Below are positions 24,734-39,334 of a stretch of 64,000 nt of DNA, piece by piece. The DNA lies in the NCBI GenBank assembly GCA_009914755.4, contig CP068257.2:21216001-21280000 (forward strand), read 5' to 3'. A program made the translations under genes and the position numbers. Positions within the stretch are counted from its first letter, which is position 1. The number at the start of each line of letters is the position of its first letter. This stretch comes from the human T2T-CHM13v2.0 reference genome, Homo sapiens. The notes beneath the pieces were generated by a model. That model ran no database searches. It was not told the DNA's origin and saw nothing but the letters and a program-made list of their open reading frames with translations.

Positions 24734-27700
24734 GGAAGAGTTTATTTTCTCCAAAGGATCAGTTCTGCTGGAGAATGGTGTATTGAGACTAGAAGACAAC
24801 CATGTACTTCATCAATACGTAGAAATCAAGAGTGTTCTTACTGTACATAATGAAAGATTTACATAAATGTTAATATTAGTAAACAGTAGATGAGGAAAGT
24901 GTTTTCAGTTTATAGTGTGCTTTTAAATATACTGTTAAGCTTTAGTTCACATTCTAGAATTGTTTATTTTTTTCTTTTCCTATGTATTGTGATCTTGTAT
25001 AACTCTGTAGTGTCTCTCTCCTCATTCATTTTTGGTTATTCTATGCTTGAGAAAAAGTTATTTATGATATATTTCAAAATTGTGTCATCATTTTCACTTA
25101 ACTTTAGCATCAAAGTTGTTCTTGTATCTTTACAAAAATGGGGTTATTTGTTTACATTTACTTGAATATTGTGAAAATCTACAAGTTTGAGTTATTTTGA
25201 AGAAAGTCAGTAACAAAAGAAAATAAAATTCTCCCATTTTTACAAGAAATTATGAAGTCCTGAAAAGGCCACATTGTAGTTACCACCTTTTTTATTATAG
25301 AACACTAAAGACATTTTATTCTACTTTTTCTCAAAAGAAAGGAGATAAATAATTATTTTATAAAATTACTCATACATCCAGGAAGCTTTTGAAGTGAGGT
25401 CCTTTTTACCAACTTGGCTAAAGTGAGTAAGTGTGAACAGTTATTCTGTTACATTTAGGCAGTTAATTATATTTGAAAAACACATAAAGAATTGAAAATA
25501 GAACACATGCACTGAGATGGTTGTACCTCCAACAGTTGAAGAGATGTTCTGTTTTCCTTCACATGCTGTGAGATGTTGGGAGTACAACCACCTCAGAGCA
25601 TGTGAAAAAAATCAGAACATCTCTTAAGCTGTTTAAATATTATAATAATGGCCTTTTCTATTGACAGATAAACCTACAGATTTATATTACATGATTGCTT
25701 TGTTCATAGCTATAACTACAAATGCATCACGAAGAATTTCCAAGGAATCTCCCTAACTTTATGAAAGAATGACTTTAGATAATGAAATTGTCCTACATGT
25801 ATCTTTTAAATATAAAATGTAAAACAACTCTTTTTGAAAAGTAGTTATATCATCTGTTAAGATGTTTTAGAATGTAAAACATAGTACACATAAACACATT
25901 CTAAATGATTATTCACGTGGTAGAGTTCCTATTAGAAAACATAGAGCATAATTATTATACACACATACATACATACAGTTAAACAAAATTATGGGAAGTC
26001 ATTGTTCTGGACTAAGCTCCCGCCCTAGGGTTCAACATACCAGACCAAACCAAAATGAAATTACTTACGCTAAATGCCACATAATCAAACTGAAACTTTA
26101 AGAAAGCAAATAGATCCCCAAACAAAGCAGGTTTTCCCGAATACAGGAGATTCCAATCTACCTGAGTCAGGTTTACGGAATTTCCCTCTGCTTTAATCCT
26201 CATAAAAAAGAAACCTGATATAACCTGATGTTAACCAGTTAGGTGGTTTTTGTTGTTGTTGTTTGTTTTTTCCTTATTGTTCTGTTTCACTGTCCCCACC
26301 AAAAATATACCTACTCTTCTGCCATTGCACAGAGGGAAGGCTCATACTATTTTGTATAATGGAGGCTGTCCTGATTCAAGAATCAAGAATAAAAGCCAAT
26401 TTGATCTAAAACTACATTTGTAGTTTTGTGTTTTGACGGTAATACATACATATATAAACACACACACTCACACATACATATACACAAGGCTATTTATGTT
26501 TTAAGAAAAAATGAATGATAATATGGCAAATAATTTCATTATAGAAAATATTTAACTTACTCATATCATTTATTTATTCTTTTATAAAGCAAATGTAAAT
26601 CTGGAGGATAGTATATGTCATACCAAGCAAGCTATTAGAAACTGTGTTCACATGTCAATGATTACACATCTGCCTTTGTAAGGACTTTTTCATGTACTGC
26701 ATTGGAATGTAATTCAAACCACTAACATTCTTTTATCTCATGTTGGGAGGATTACAAATACAACTTTTGGATATTATATTTTTATCCCTCCATAAATGTT
26801 ATATCATATTTGTGTGTATGTCTAAATCTTATTCAAAGGGGTTCTACTTTTAGCATAAAGGTTCTATAAGGTGCAATTGCAACATATGGTAATTTGATGT
26901 GTATAATTTGAAGTGTTGCCCTGCATCACATGGATGTGTATGATTTACTTGAGTACTAAAGACAGTTGTAAATGAAATGGTAATGTGTCCATTTTAAAGT
27001 ACATATTTTTTTCATTGCTTCTTCCACTGTGTGTGTTTTGAAATTATATCAGAAATAACATAAACCATTTTTTAAATATCCAATGGCATTTTAAAACTGA
27101 AAAAGTTGTCTACAGTTACTTAAGACTTTTTTGGTTTTTGCTTAATAGCTCCACACTAAAATTTAATCATATAATTCTCTATAATTATGTGTAAATTTCT
27201 AAACACTGTGTGGGTTTTTCTATAAGAGTATATTAAAATTCTTACTCTGAATGCAACCTAAGCATTGTGTGTCATGAATTTCTAGTGCTATAGCATTTGC
27301 ATTTGAGCAATGAAAATAATCAACTTAATTTGCTCTCCTAGAGAGCATGGAAGTGGGTTTGATTAGTCTATTGAAAGTTTGTGTTTTCCCCCTTGAATTG
27401 GATGCAGGGGGTAGAATTGCCAGCATGATGCAAGCCAGTAGGGATCCAGGGTGTCAAGGCAATGCTAAAGTTGACTATATTAAAGACAAAGGAGAAGGTC
27501 GACTAGAAGCAGACAAGTTGTTTATGCTGGAGCTGTCTCTGTGTTTTTTGGAAATAATTTATCCATGCAATTGTATTATCATGATTTTTATATATATATA
27601 TATATATTTACCTCATTGTTTTTAATGGATATTTTTGCAAAGGACCACCCAAAAACATTAGAATAAACGGTGCCCAATGCTTAAACAGGGCTGTACCTTT

Positions 27701-29556
27701 CTTATCAGCCAGGCTAGAAAATCTCATAATTCATGGGACATTGGGTAGACTGCTTAACAAGTTTTATCTAAGTATTAGGGAATAATGAGTCCTAGAATGA
27801 GGACTGCACTTAATCTACCTAAAAACATTCAGAACAATACCAGTAAGGATCCAACTGTTTCAAAATTACTTAGTTAAATCCTCCCATGAAGCTCAGAAGT
27901 TCTTAATATTTGCAAAAATAGCCAGCACCTATTAAGGTAAAATTCAAATTGTTTTCTAAGATTATTAGTATGCAAAGAATCAGGAAAACATAAGACATAA
28001 TGAGAATATTCAATCAATGGAAATAATCCCATAATGGCCACAAATGCTACAATTTGCAAAGACATTAAAATGGTTATTATAACTACACTCCGTATGTTCA
28101 AAATGTGTACATAAACATATGTATTTATATACATATGTATCATTTGAGTATATGCAAACACATTATATTTACATATACAACATACACACAGATGGATATA
28201 GAACAAATTATAGATGTTTGTATAAATGTTTTATTTCATAGACATGCATCCCTATTTCTGGAAGGAAAAAATGGCTTCCCTCTGCCCTCCTAGGTTCTTT
28301 AGGCTGTGAATTAAGTTGACATAAGGCAGATTAAAAGGAGTGAAGCTACATTTAGTTGTGTATGTATACATGGGAGTCCCAAAAAAGTATGAGATTCAAA
28401 GAATGGTCAGATTAATAAGGATTATAAAGCTTCATTAGCTACAGAAAGAAAGAAGGGTTTGATGAAGCTTTTGGGGGTGATTTTGGAGTCAAGCACTATA
28501 AAAGGGTAGGGGGAGGAAATGTATGGTGAATAAGATTGCATTATATTCTGATAAGAGTCTCTCAGGTAATAAAAGTTGCCTCTGAGCCGTTTTCCTCCTG
28601 GTATAGTCAGTTTTTGTACATACAAACTTTCTTTACAAAAGGGCAGCTTTTCCGAACTACCCATGTGTTCGCAGTTTCTCAAAATAACTAGCTAATAATC
28701 AATTTGCAAAGAAGAGTATTTTGGGATAGTGTCCTGAACCCCAACACTTCTACTGAGTCAGTCTAGCAACAGTGATAACCCAAAAACAATGAACACACCC
28801 AAATAATATAACTTGTTTCTAAATACCATTCATGGTAAAAGTAACAAGGACTATAATTTTAAGGCTTGGACAGGGTATATATGAGTCTAGATAATCTTAT
28901 ACTACCAGAAAGAAGAGAAGTGACCACAAAATAAAAAGAAAGAGAGCATGTCAAAGGGATAGGGGGTAAAACTGAAAGAGCTCCCAATGGTGAGACATTG
29001 GAACAATTTGTACTACATTATTAATAGTATTGCATCTGTAGGGGTGGAGGGGAAGCTTCCTCTCCTTTCATCAGAGTTTCACTAAAATGACTGTCAATAG
29101 ACAGATTATTAGAAGAAAAAGGCACACAGATTTATTAACATGCATATGGACAAGGGAATCCCACAAATACGATACTCAAAGAAGGGGCAGATGGTAGAGG
29201 CTTAAATATTTTTTCCACCGGAGAGAGGAAAGTGGGCAGCTGTATGTAATTTTAGAGCAGTAGTAAATTATTTTTAGGGGAAATGAATGAACTCAAACAT
29301 TCCTGGGACAAAGTTCCTCTGAGCTCTGGGGAAGGTGGTGGGAGGGTGAGGAGTGGAACTTCACTGTGAACAAAGGTTGTCTTCTTATACAGATAAAGCC
29401 CCCCAAAAGAAATGTATGACCATCATTAGTAGTATCTAATCTGCTCTCCTCATATGTTTGTGAGAACCAAATAATATTTTAAAACACTAGAAAATATAAA
29501 ATGTTATTATGATTTTTGATACTAAATTTTTTTAACCTTGATTGTATTCTCAATTT

Positions 29557-30215
29557 TTATTTATTTATTTTCCAACTTTTATTTTAGATTCAGGGTGTAC
29601 ATGTGCAGGTTTGTTACATGAGTAAATTGCATGTCACTGGAGTTTGGTACACAAAGTGATTTCATCACGCAGGTACTGAGCATGGTACCCAATAGGTAGT
29701 TTTTTGACCCTCACCTTCCTCCCACCCTCCACTTTCAAGTAATCCCCATTATCTATCATTCCCCTCCTTGAGTCCACGTGTACTTGATGTTTGGCCCTCA
29801 CTTACAAGTGAGATAATCTGGTATTTGGTTTTCTGTTCCTGTGTTAATTTGTCTAGGATAATGGCTTCCAGCTCCATCCATATTGCTGCAAATGACATGA
29901 TTTCACTCTTTTTATGACTGCATAGTTTCAAGCTGTATATGTACTGCATTTTCTTTACCTAGTCCACTGTCGATAGGCACCTAGGTTGATTCTATGTCTT
30001 CGCTATTTTGAATAGTGCTGCAATAAACATACAAGTGCATGTGTAGTTTTGGTAGAAATAATGATTTATATTTTGGAGGATACATATCCACTGATGGGAT
30101 TGCTGGGTCAGGTGGTAGTTCTAAGTTCTATGAGAAACCTCCAAACTGCATTACAGAGTGGCTGAACTTTACATTTCTACGAGCGGTGTATAATTGTTCC
30201 CTTTTCTCTACATCT
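29557..30215 (-). mobile_element. Older LINE-1 (L1PB-type) 3' end, antisense
   Basis: ttttatttatttattttccaacttttattttagattcagggtgtacatgtgcaggtttgttacatgagtaaattgcatgtcactgg...ccagctccatccatattgctgcaaatgacatgatttcactctttttatgactgcatag...gaatagtgctgcaataaacatacaagtgcatgtg...tacatttctacgagcggtgtataattgttccc. Confidence 0.85.
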
Positions 30216-30650
30216 GTTTTTTTTTTTAACTTTAATATGTTGTATTATTGGCAAGGGGGTTGCTTTTATTACATCTGTTGGTTTGTAAGGCAGAATGTGA
30301 AGTCCACGGACAACCCAATTGCAAGGTAATAAGCTCATCCACTGAGAAACTACAGGGCCAGGTTTGGTATAAGATTGATGCTATAGTTGGGAAGTTTGTT
30401 CCTCTAAACATCATGTTGAAATTTGATCCTTGATGTACAAGGTAGGGCCTAATGGGGAGTTTTCAAGTCACTTGGTCAGGTGTCTCATGAATGGCTTGGT
30501 GCCATGCTCACAGAAATGAGTTATGAGTGAGTAAGATGCTGCATGCACAAGGCCAATCCTTGTGGAAATCACTGCTATGAAGAAAAAATATAAGGTAATG
30601 AATAAAATAAACAGTACTCAAGAGAATAACTTATGCATCTTTAATGTGTT

Positions 30651-30694
30651 TCGTGTGTGTGTGTGTGTGTGTGTGTCTGTGTATGTGTATGTGA
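30651..30694. repeat. (GT)n dinucleotide microsatellite
   Basis: tgtgtgtgtgtgtgtgtgtgtgtgtctgtgtatgtgtatgtg. Confidence 0.9.
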
Positions 30695-31035
30695 GACTTG
30701 TTTTCCTTCTCTTCTATATGATATATAAATTAACTACTTGAAGAAAAAAATGCTGCTCTATTTTATTAGCATATTCAAAAGGCTACCAGAATAGTCACTT
30801 TTGTAAACTGCAGTCTAGCTTTTAAAAGGGAGAGATAAAATTATGATGACTCCAACAGTTATGCTAGGTGTTAAGACAAAGAAATTTTCACAATGATGTT
30901 AACAGAAATGCATTCCGGAATTAGAACCTGCCATTTTATGCCAATATGAGCATTTGCAAAATAAAATATTTTAGTATTTGATTACTTGCAGCTTAATTTT
31001 ATAGTTCATGATAATGCAGGATGCTCCTTAGTTCA

Positions 31036-31641
<606 letters not shown>

Positions 31642-34386
31642 TTATTTCCCTTACTGCACATGTGTTAAGGGACAGAATTTTTCACCATGGGCATGTATAG
31701 GCAAGCCCTCTGTGCAGAATCACCTGGGTGGCATTTGGTTGTCTCCTATCTCTATCAATGATACTGAGGCAAATATAGTATAACACAGGTGGCATGTTGT
31801 AAAACAGAGTAATTCGAAATTGGAAATTAACTTATTATCAAAAAAATAATTTCTTCTCTCAGTGGAATAATTTAGTCAACTTCCTTATGACAGCAATTTG
31901 TGACAACTGAGGTTAGACAAAGTTGGAACCTAAATTTACTGTAAGTAAAGGTTGCCATTATGCTTTATATGCTGAAAAGGCATTGAAGAAACCCATATTT
32001 GTCAACTTTTGAGGCAACATGTACACATTACATACATTGTGTGCTTAGTACATGCATGTGCTTATGTGCTAAGAAGAACCCTACGTGAGCAAACAATGAT
32101 CTTTTCCTAAAAAAGAGTTCCTGACCACTAAGCAAAAATTCATGCAGGTATGCTCACAAAGAAAAAAAAAATAGATGTAAAAATGACACAATTTATTACA
32201 GGTATTAATTCGAATGGTCAGTAGGAGAAGCAACAAGGAAGTAATAACTGGTAGCACTCTAGAGCCCACAGGCAAATGCTGGAATTCTCTAGCACAGATA
32301 ATCCTGTAATCATGTAATAATTTGATCTTTTGAGATAATGAACTCACTCCTGAAATAACTGTATCAATCCATTGATGAGGGCTGAGCACTTATGATCTAA
32401 TCACCTCTTAGGTGTCCTATTAATGCCATCACATTGGGGATAAAGTTTCAACACAAGTTTTGAAGGAGAAATTCAAACTGTAGCACTGAATAAGCCGAAA
32501 GAGTGTCAGTTTTAAATAATTAAAATGCTTACCTCAAGTCATTGCACATAATGAATCACTTTTTTGTGCCTGATCTGAATTATTTTCTCACTGCTTTTAG
32601 CAGTAAGGACAAGATAAACCAAAAATTGGAGATCGACTATGTGTGTTGAAGAGCTTCATTGACTGAATTTAGAGTCTCCCAAGTTCTTGAAAGTGAAAGG
32701 TATGGCTTGGAATGGGAAAGAGGGATACCTACACCATTGATTTGGACATATCTCCAAGGTTATAGAAAGTTTGAATACCAGGAGTTAGTAAACTAATGTC
32801 CATGGCCAGATAGGTCCACAGCCTCTTTTTGTGTAGCCATTGAGCTAAGAATTGTACATTTTTTTTAATGAATTGTGCAAAAGAAAACAGAATAATTTGC
32901 CTAACATACTATTTTTACTTTTGCAGAAAAAGTTTGCCAATCCCTGACCTAATGCCCCTAGAAAAACATCTTCCTTTCAATTTTCTTTGCCAGAGTAAGG
33001 AAAAAATCCCCCTCTTTCACTCATATCTATGTGCCAACGCTGTAATCAGATACTAATCAGTATCAGCATTTCTTGTGGGGTAGAATGAAAACAACCTTAG
33101 TGAGTAAGACAAGATGTATTTCCAGAAAGAATTGCTGGATTTTGTTGATTTATATTGTCAGAATTGTCGGAAATACTTCCTGGAGTTCATGCCAAGGAAG
33201 AAAATGTTGAACTGTGGATTCAGATATTTTTTAAATATCTATGTGGGTTTGTAAAATGTAATGTGTGTCTGTATTTGGTGTACTAGTTGGTGCAGGGAGC
33301 CAAAATTCCAAAAATTTGCAGTTTGACAAGATTCATAATGGTACTTCAAACCAGGAAAGTAAGTTGAAGATACTGCAAATGAAATGTACTCTCTCATCTC
33401 AGCAGGAATGGGAGGGAATTTGCAGAGCCAATGTGGTAACCATTAAGTAACTTCTAGCTTCTGGAATAAAGAATCTTAAATTCCACAATAGTCTGTGTTA
33501 AGGTGACTTCTCTGTTAGGTCCCCAGGGAGGAAGTAGCAGAGGGCAAGGGTCCTACTTAGTGTTTCTATCAGTTAGAGGAAACAATTCAAGCTTTCAAAG
33601 CACCACATTTGCATTTAACTCCATCAAGTCACAGAAGTGATAATACCAGTAGCCTGAATTGTAGTCTCCTAGACTTGGTGCATTAGTATTAGGTATACTA
33701 GCTGAGTCAGTGTGGATTAAAATAATTTAATTTACTCATACTTTGTTGCAACCACATTGTCAAAGGCATATGTATTTTTTTCTGACGTATTTCCAAGCAC
33801 TTAGGTTTAGTATATTCTTTTTAATTTATGACCCCAGGCCATGCACTAGTGACATATTTTTATCCATTAAACAAAGACTTACTAACCTCTTTCAGAGACA
33901 TCAGTTCAGTAGGGAATTCAATATATAATGGTGTTCACTTGAACCTTTATTACTCTACTTCAGTTGCATGTAGTTCTTTTAAAAAAATATGGTCATTAAC
34001 ATGGAAGTGGAATAAAACAGAAGCCCAAAGCTTTAAATTTGGATGTCCTCAGTCAAGAATAAAAATGTATGTCTGTATGCATGCCTATTATTTTAAATGT
34101 GTATTAAACAGTCTATTAAGCAATATGGATTCTGTCCTCCCTCCACTTTCACAAGTTTATTTTTAAAATGACAGAGATGGTCAGATTTAAACTTAGATTT
34201 CATGTATTTTTTTTTGTTCTAGGCCAGAACAAGGCATTGTGGAACAAACCAGTCCTGTGTTCCATCAACCTTTTTCAGTTTGCTCTCCTTTTCCTACAAT
34301 GGGTCTTGTGTGGGCATATGTATACATCTCAGTCTGCTTGTCAAAAATCCATCTAAGTGTCTGTCCCTTGGCCACCATTTGGACTC

Positions 34387-34438
34387 CTGATGTGGACACT
34401 GGTGTATTCTGATGTGGACACTGGTGTATTCTGATGTG
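34387..34438. repeat. 22-bp tandem duplication (2.4 copies)
   Basis: ctgatgtggacactggtgtatt | ctgatgtggacactggtgtatt | ctgatgtg. Confidence 0.9.
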
Positions 34439-35440
34439 AAGGAGAGAAAAAGAAAATATGTTTGCACAGATAATGGAAATAGTTATGGTGTTATTGGGGA
34501 AGAGAATTCCATGATCTCATAATTGCGTATGCCAAAAGGAAAGGCTGGAATTGCATAGGCAATGTACATCTTATTATTAGCCATTTTTGCTTCTGTTTTT
34601 AGGCTCTCTACATTGTGAGAAAGAGCCAAGGGGCCACTCTTCTAATAGAATTAAAGTCTAACGGCAGTGTATGCTCAGAAGCTGGTGTAGCAGCTAGGAG
34701 AAAGTCTCACTTTAGTCTTAACCAGACTATCTGTTCCATTGTACGGTCATATGGCCACAGCAATATAAACAAATGGCAGTGTCCTTGCCAACTGCTTTTA
34801 TATAATTTTAAATACATGTAGCATATATATATATATTTAGTATATATGTTTACTATACTAAACATATATCAAGGTTAACAAAGGTATAACAACTTACACA
34901 GCGATTCCCAGGCTTACAGGCTTTACAACTATACACAGCAAAGAATTTTTATATACCTATTAATTAACATAAAATTATTCCCAATTCATCCACTAATACA
35001 TTTCCTTTTAATCCGTGTGCTGCAATATCTGAGTGGATGAAGAACAAATGGTCACAGTATTGAATATTTAATTAATTAATGGTCTCTTTATTCTGTTCAG
35101 TTCCAACAGCCTGGAATTTGTATTATCAGTGGAGTTGCATGTAAAGAGAACATAATTAGTACTGATTCATATCACTTGTAATGCCCTAAAAGAGCTGCAC
35201 ACTAGTTAGACACTCTCATTTAGATTCCTAGAGCTGCCTTTATGTCTACTTCCCTAGTTGTGGTTGGGAAGCTTTTCCTTAAATTATACTATTTCAAAAT
35301 TAAATAATCAACATCATCATCATCATAATCATCAACGTTGTTGCTTTCATTATTCAGAATTTGTCTCAGCAGCCTGTGTAATATTTACTCGTAGCCTTGG
35401 CTGGGTAAAGAATTTGATTCAAAGAATTCATTGGTTCAAT

Positions 35441-36935
35441 TTTTATTATTATTATTATTATTATACTTTAAGTTCTAGGGTACATGTGCACAACGTGCAG
35501 GTTTGTTACATATGTATACACGTGCCATGTTGGTGTGCTGCACCCATTAACTCATCACTTACATTAGGAATATCTCCTAATGTTACCCCTCCCCCTTCTC
35601 CCCACCCCATGACAGGCCCCATTGTGTGATGTTCCCCTTCCTGTGTCTAAGTGTTTTCATTGTTCAATTCTTACCTATGAGTGAGAACATGCGGTGTTTG
35701 GTTTTCTGTCCCTGTGATAGTTTGCTGAGAATGATGGTTTCCAGCTTCATCCATGTCCCTACAAAGGACATGAACTCATCCTTTTTTATGGCGGAATAGT
35801 ATTCCATAGTGTATGTGTGCCACATTTTCCTAATCCAGTCTGTCATTGATGGACATTTGGGTTGGTTCCAAGTCTGCTATTGTGAATAGTGCCCCAATAA
35901 ACATACGTGTGCATGTGCCTTTACAGAAGCATTATTTATAAACCTTTCGATACATACCCAGTAATGGGATGGCTGGGTCAAATGGTATTTCTAGTTCTAG
36001 ATCCTTGAGGAATTGCCACACTGTCTTCCACAATGGTTGAACTAGCTTACAGACCCACCACAGTGTAAAAGTGTTCCTATTTCTCCACATCCTCTCCAGC
36101 ACCTGTTGTTTCCTGACTTTTTAATGGTTGCCATTCTAACTGGTGTGAGATGGTATCTCATTGTGGTTTTGATTTGCATTTCTCTGATGGCCAGTGATGA
36201 CGAGCATTTTTTCATGTGTCTATTGGCTGCATAAATGTCTTCTTTTGAGAAGTGTCTGTTCATATCCTTTGCCCACTTTTTGATGGGGTTGTTTGATTTT
36301 TTTCTTGTAAATTTCTTTAAGTTCTTTGTAGATTCTAGATATTAGCCCTTTGTCAGATGAGTAGATTGCAAAAATTTTCTCCCATTCTGTAGGTTGCCTG
36401 TTCACTCTGATGGTAGTTTCTTTTGCTGTGCAGAAGCTCTTTAGTTTAATTAGATCCCATTTGTCAATTTTGGCTTTTGTTGCCATTGCTTTTGGTGTTT
36501 TAGTCATGAAGTCCTTGCCCATGCCTATGCCCTGAATGGTATTGCCTAGGTTTTCTTCTACGGTTTTTATGGTTTTAGGTCTAACATTTAAGTCTTTAAT
36601 CCATCTTGAATTAATTTTTATAAGATGTAAGGAAGGGATCCAGTTGCAGCTTTCTACATATGGCTAGCCAGTTTTCCCAGCACCATTTATTAAATAGGGA
36701 ATCCTTTCCCCATTTCTTGTTTTTATCAGGTTTGCCAAAGATCAGATGGTTGTAGACGTGTGGTATTATTTCTGAGGGATCTGTTCTGTTCCGTTGGTCT
36801 ATACCTCTGTTTTGGTACCAGTACCATGCTGTTTTGGTTACTGTAACCTTGTGGTATAGTTTGAAGTCAGGTAGCGTGATGCCTCCAGCTTTGTTCTTTT
36901 GGCTTAGGATTGTCTTGGCAATGCGGGCTCTTTTT
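35441..36935 (-). mobile_element. LINE-1 (L1PA-like) 3' 1.5 kb, antisense: ORF2 C-terminal third plus 3'UTR; 5'-truncated
   Basis: (TTA)n tail then tatactttaagttctagggtacatgtgcacaacgtgcaggtttgttacatatgtatacacgtgccatg...ccatctcacaccagttagaatggcaacc in antisense...cttggcaatgcgggctctttt. Antisense ORFs 35664-35846, 36042-36263, 36220-36522 and 36611-36949 translate to ORF2 segments ([69 protein letters not shown]...). Confidence 0.92.
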
Positions 36936-38058
36936 ATTAGAACATGCATTCAATTGTTCACTAAAATCTCATTTTCTCATAATAAGTTCTTATACTGAAG
37001 AGTAATTTAACAAATTCAACACCTTCATAAAAACTTTCAGCAACTAGAGATAGAAGAGAAATTCCTCACCCTGATAATGGGAAACCTATATACAACCCAC
37101 ACCCTCCTAGTCTTGAAAGACTGAACACTTACTACCACTTTAATTCACTACTATGTGGGAGATCCTGCATACATGCATATAGATTGGAAAATAAGTAAAA
37201 CATATTTTTTTTACAAACATTATTGTGTATGTAGAAAAGGCTAAGTAATTGATGCAACAATCTAGTAACAGTTAAAATTTAAGTTTGCAAGATACAAAAT
37301 TACCATACAAATAACAATTGTATGCCCATGAGCTAGTAATTAAAATGAAAATACTTTCTAAATATAAAATTTTAATACCATAAAATATGAATAACTACAA
37401 ATAAATTTTACACAGTATATGTAATAACTGTACACTGAAAACCATAACATTTCCCTGGGGAAACTTAAAAAGAATACAAATTAGAGTAGAGATATGCTTT
37501 CTAGGTTAGAAGCATACTGTTGTTAAAATTTCAATTGTGTAAATTTCATCTATGAATGCAAAGCAATTTCAATCAAAATCCTAGGAGACGTTTCTTTTTT
37601 AGTTGAAATGGACAACTATAAAATTTATGTGAAAATGCAAAGGGCCAAAGCAGACAAAGTATTTTTGAAAAATAAAGTTGCTGGAGGATTTATACTACCT
37701 GGCTTTAATAGTTAATACAAAATTCATTTCAAGAGTTAATGAAGACAGGTGGGCTTAAACTATTCTAAAGTATATTTTACTTTATATATTTTTTGAATAA
37801 AGTCAGATACTCTCACTCAGTTTTTAAATTAACTCAACAGATAATTTTCTATCTCTACCACTACCCTGAAACTTCACTAAAATTAGAACCAAGTTTCCCT
37901 TCATAAGTAAGATCTGTATCTTCATAGACACTTGTACAGAGTTGATTTGGCCAATTGTTTTTTAATAAAGATACCAAGATAATTCAAAGAGAGAAGGATA
38001 GGTTTTCCAAAATATCATGCTGAAAGAACTGATTAACCAAATGGAATATATATAAATA

Positions 38059-38089
38059 CGTGTGTGTGTGTGTGTGTCTGTCTGTGTGT
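38059..38089. repeat. (GT)n microsatellite
   Basis: cgtgtgtgtgtgtgtgtgtctgtctgtgtgta. Confidence 0.85.
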
Positions 38090-38299
38090 ATAAATTATAA
38101 ACCTTATACAAAACATTTTTTAAAAAAGTAGCTTACGTGTAAGTTAAATATAATAGCTGATTCTAAAACATTACTGAAAGAAAACATAGGAAAAAGTTCT
38201 TATAACCTTAGGTAGGACAAAAAGGCATTAATAACTAAAAATAAATAAACAAATAAAAAAGAATATTGATGCTGTTTACATGCCAAATCTTGGAATTCT

Positions 38300-38800
38300 C
38301 GACTTCAGCCATAACCATCTCTCTGCTTAGATTCATTCCCTGCTATATTAAATCCCTGGAGCTTGCGTAACAAATTACCACAGGCCAGGTGACTGAAAGC
38401 AGCAGGGATTTGTTCTCTCACAGTTTTGCAGGGCAAAATTTAGAAATCAAGTGTTGCTAGGTCCATGCTTCCTTTGAAGGCTTTAGGGAAGCATCCTTCC
38501 AAGCTTCCTAGCTTCTGGTGGCTTCTAGCAATCATCGGTATCCCTTGGTCTGTAGCTGAATAACTCCAATCTCTGTCTCTCTTATCATATGACCTTCTTT
38601 CCTATGCATATCTCTGTGTCTCTTCTTCCCTTTTTATTAAGTACACTAAGTATTGATTTTAGGACCCACCCTAATCTAGTGTGACATCATCTTAACTAAT
38701 TACATCTGCAAAGGCCGTATTTCCACATAAGGTCACATTGTGAGGTCCTGGGTAGACATGAATTTTTGAGGGACACCATGCAATTCAATACTCTTACCTA
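38300..38800 (+). mobile_element. MLT1-type MaLR solo LTR, sense
   Basis: ...gcgtaacaaattaccacaggccagg...tctcacagttttgcagggc...aagcttcctagcttctggtggcttctagcaatc...ggacccaccctaatctagtgtgacatcatcttaactaattacatctgcaaaggccgtatttccacataaggtcacattgtgaggtcctgggtagacatgaatttttgagggacaccatgcaattcaatac matches the MLT1 consensus pattern (taacaaattaccacaaac...tacatctgcaaagaccctatttccaaataaggtcacattc...ttaggacttcaacatatgaatttggggg...). Boundaries are approximate. Confidence 0.6.
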
Positions 38801-39308
38801 GGATGTTTTCTTTACTCCCTTACATATGTTTCCTTTCCTAAGGATATTCCATTAACAAATGATGTCTCACGCTATGCTTTTAATGAATTTGTCCCTAAGA
38901 CAATGTTATATCCCTGGAAACTACCAAAGTGTTTGGCACATAATGGATACATAACTAAGTATCCCTTATCTGCAAGGAATATGTTCCAAGACCCCCAGTG
39001 AATTCCTGAAATGGCGAATAGCATCAAACTATGTAAATACTCTTTTGCGATGTGGTAATCAAGTTGGCTACTAAGTGACTAAAGGGTAGGTAGTGTCTAC
39101 AGCATAATATGCTAGACAATGGGATGATTCAGATCCTGGGAAAGACATAGTGATATGGCATGGGATTTCTTCATGCTACTCAGAAAGGCTACAATTTAAA
39201 ATGTGTATTTTTTATTTCTGGAATTTTCCATTTAATATTTTTAGACCGCATTTGACTGCAGTTAACTGTAACCATGAAAAGAGGAACCACTAAGGGAGGA
39301 TGACTATA

Positions 39309-39334
39309 TGTGTGTGTGTGTGTGTGTGTGTGTC
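39309..39334. repeat. (GT)n microsatellite
   Basis: tgtgtgtgtgtgtgtgtgtgtgtgtc. Confidence 0.85.
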
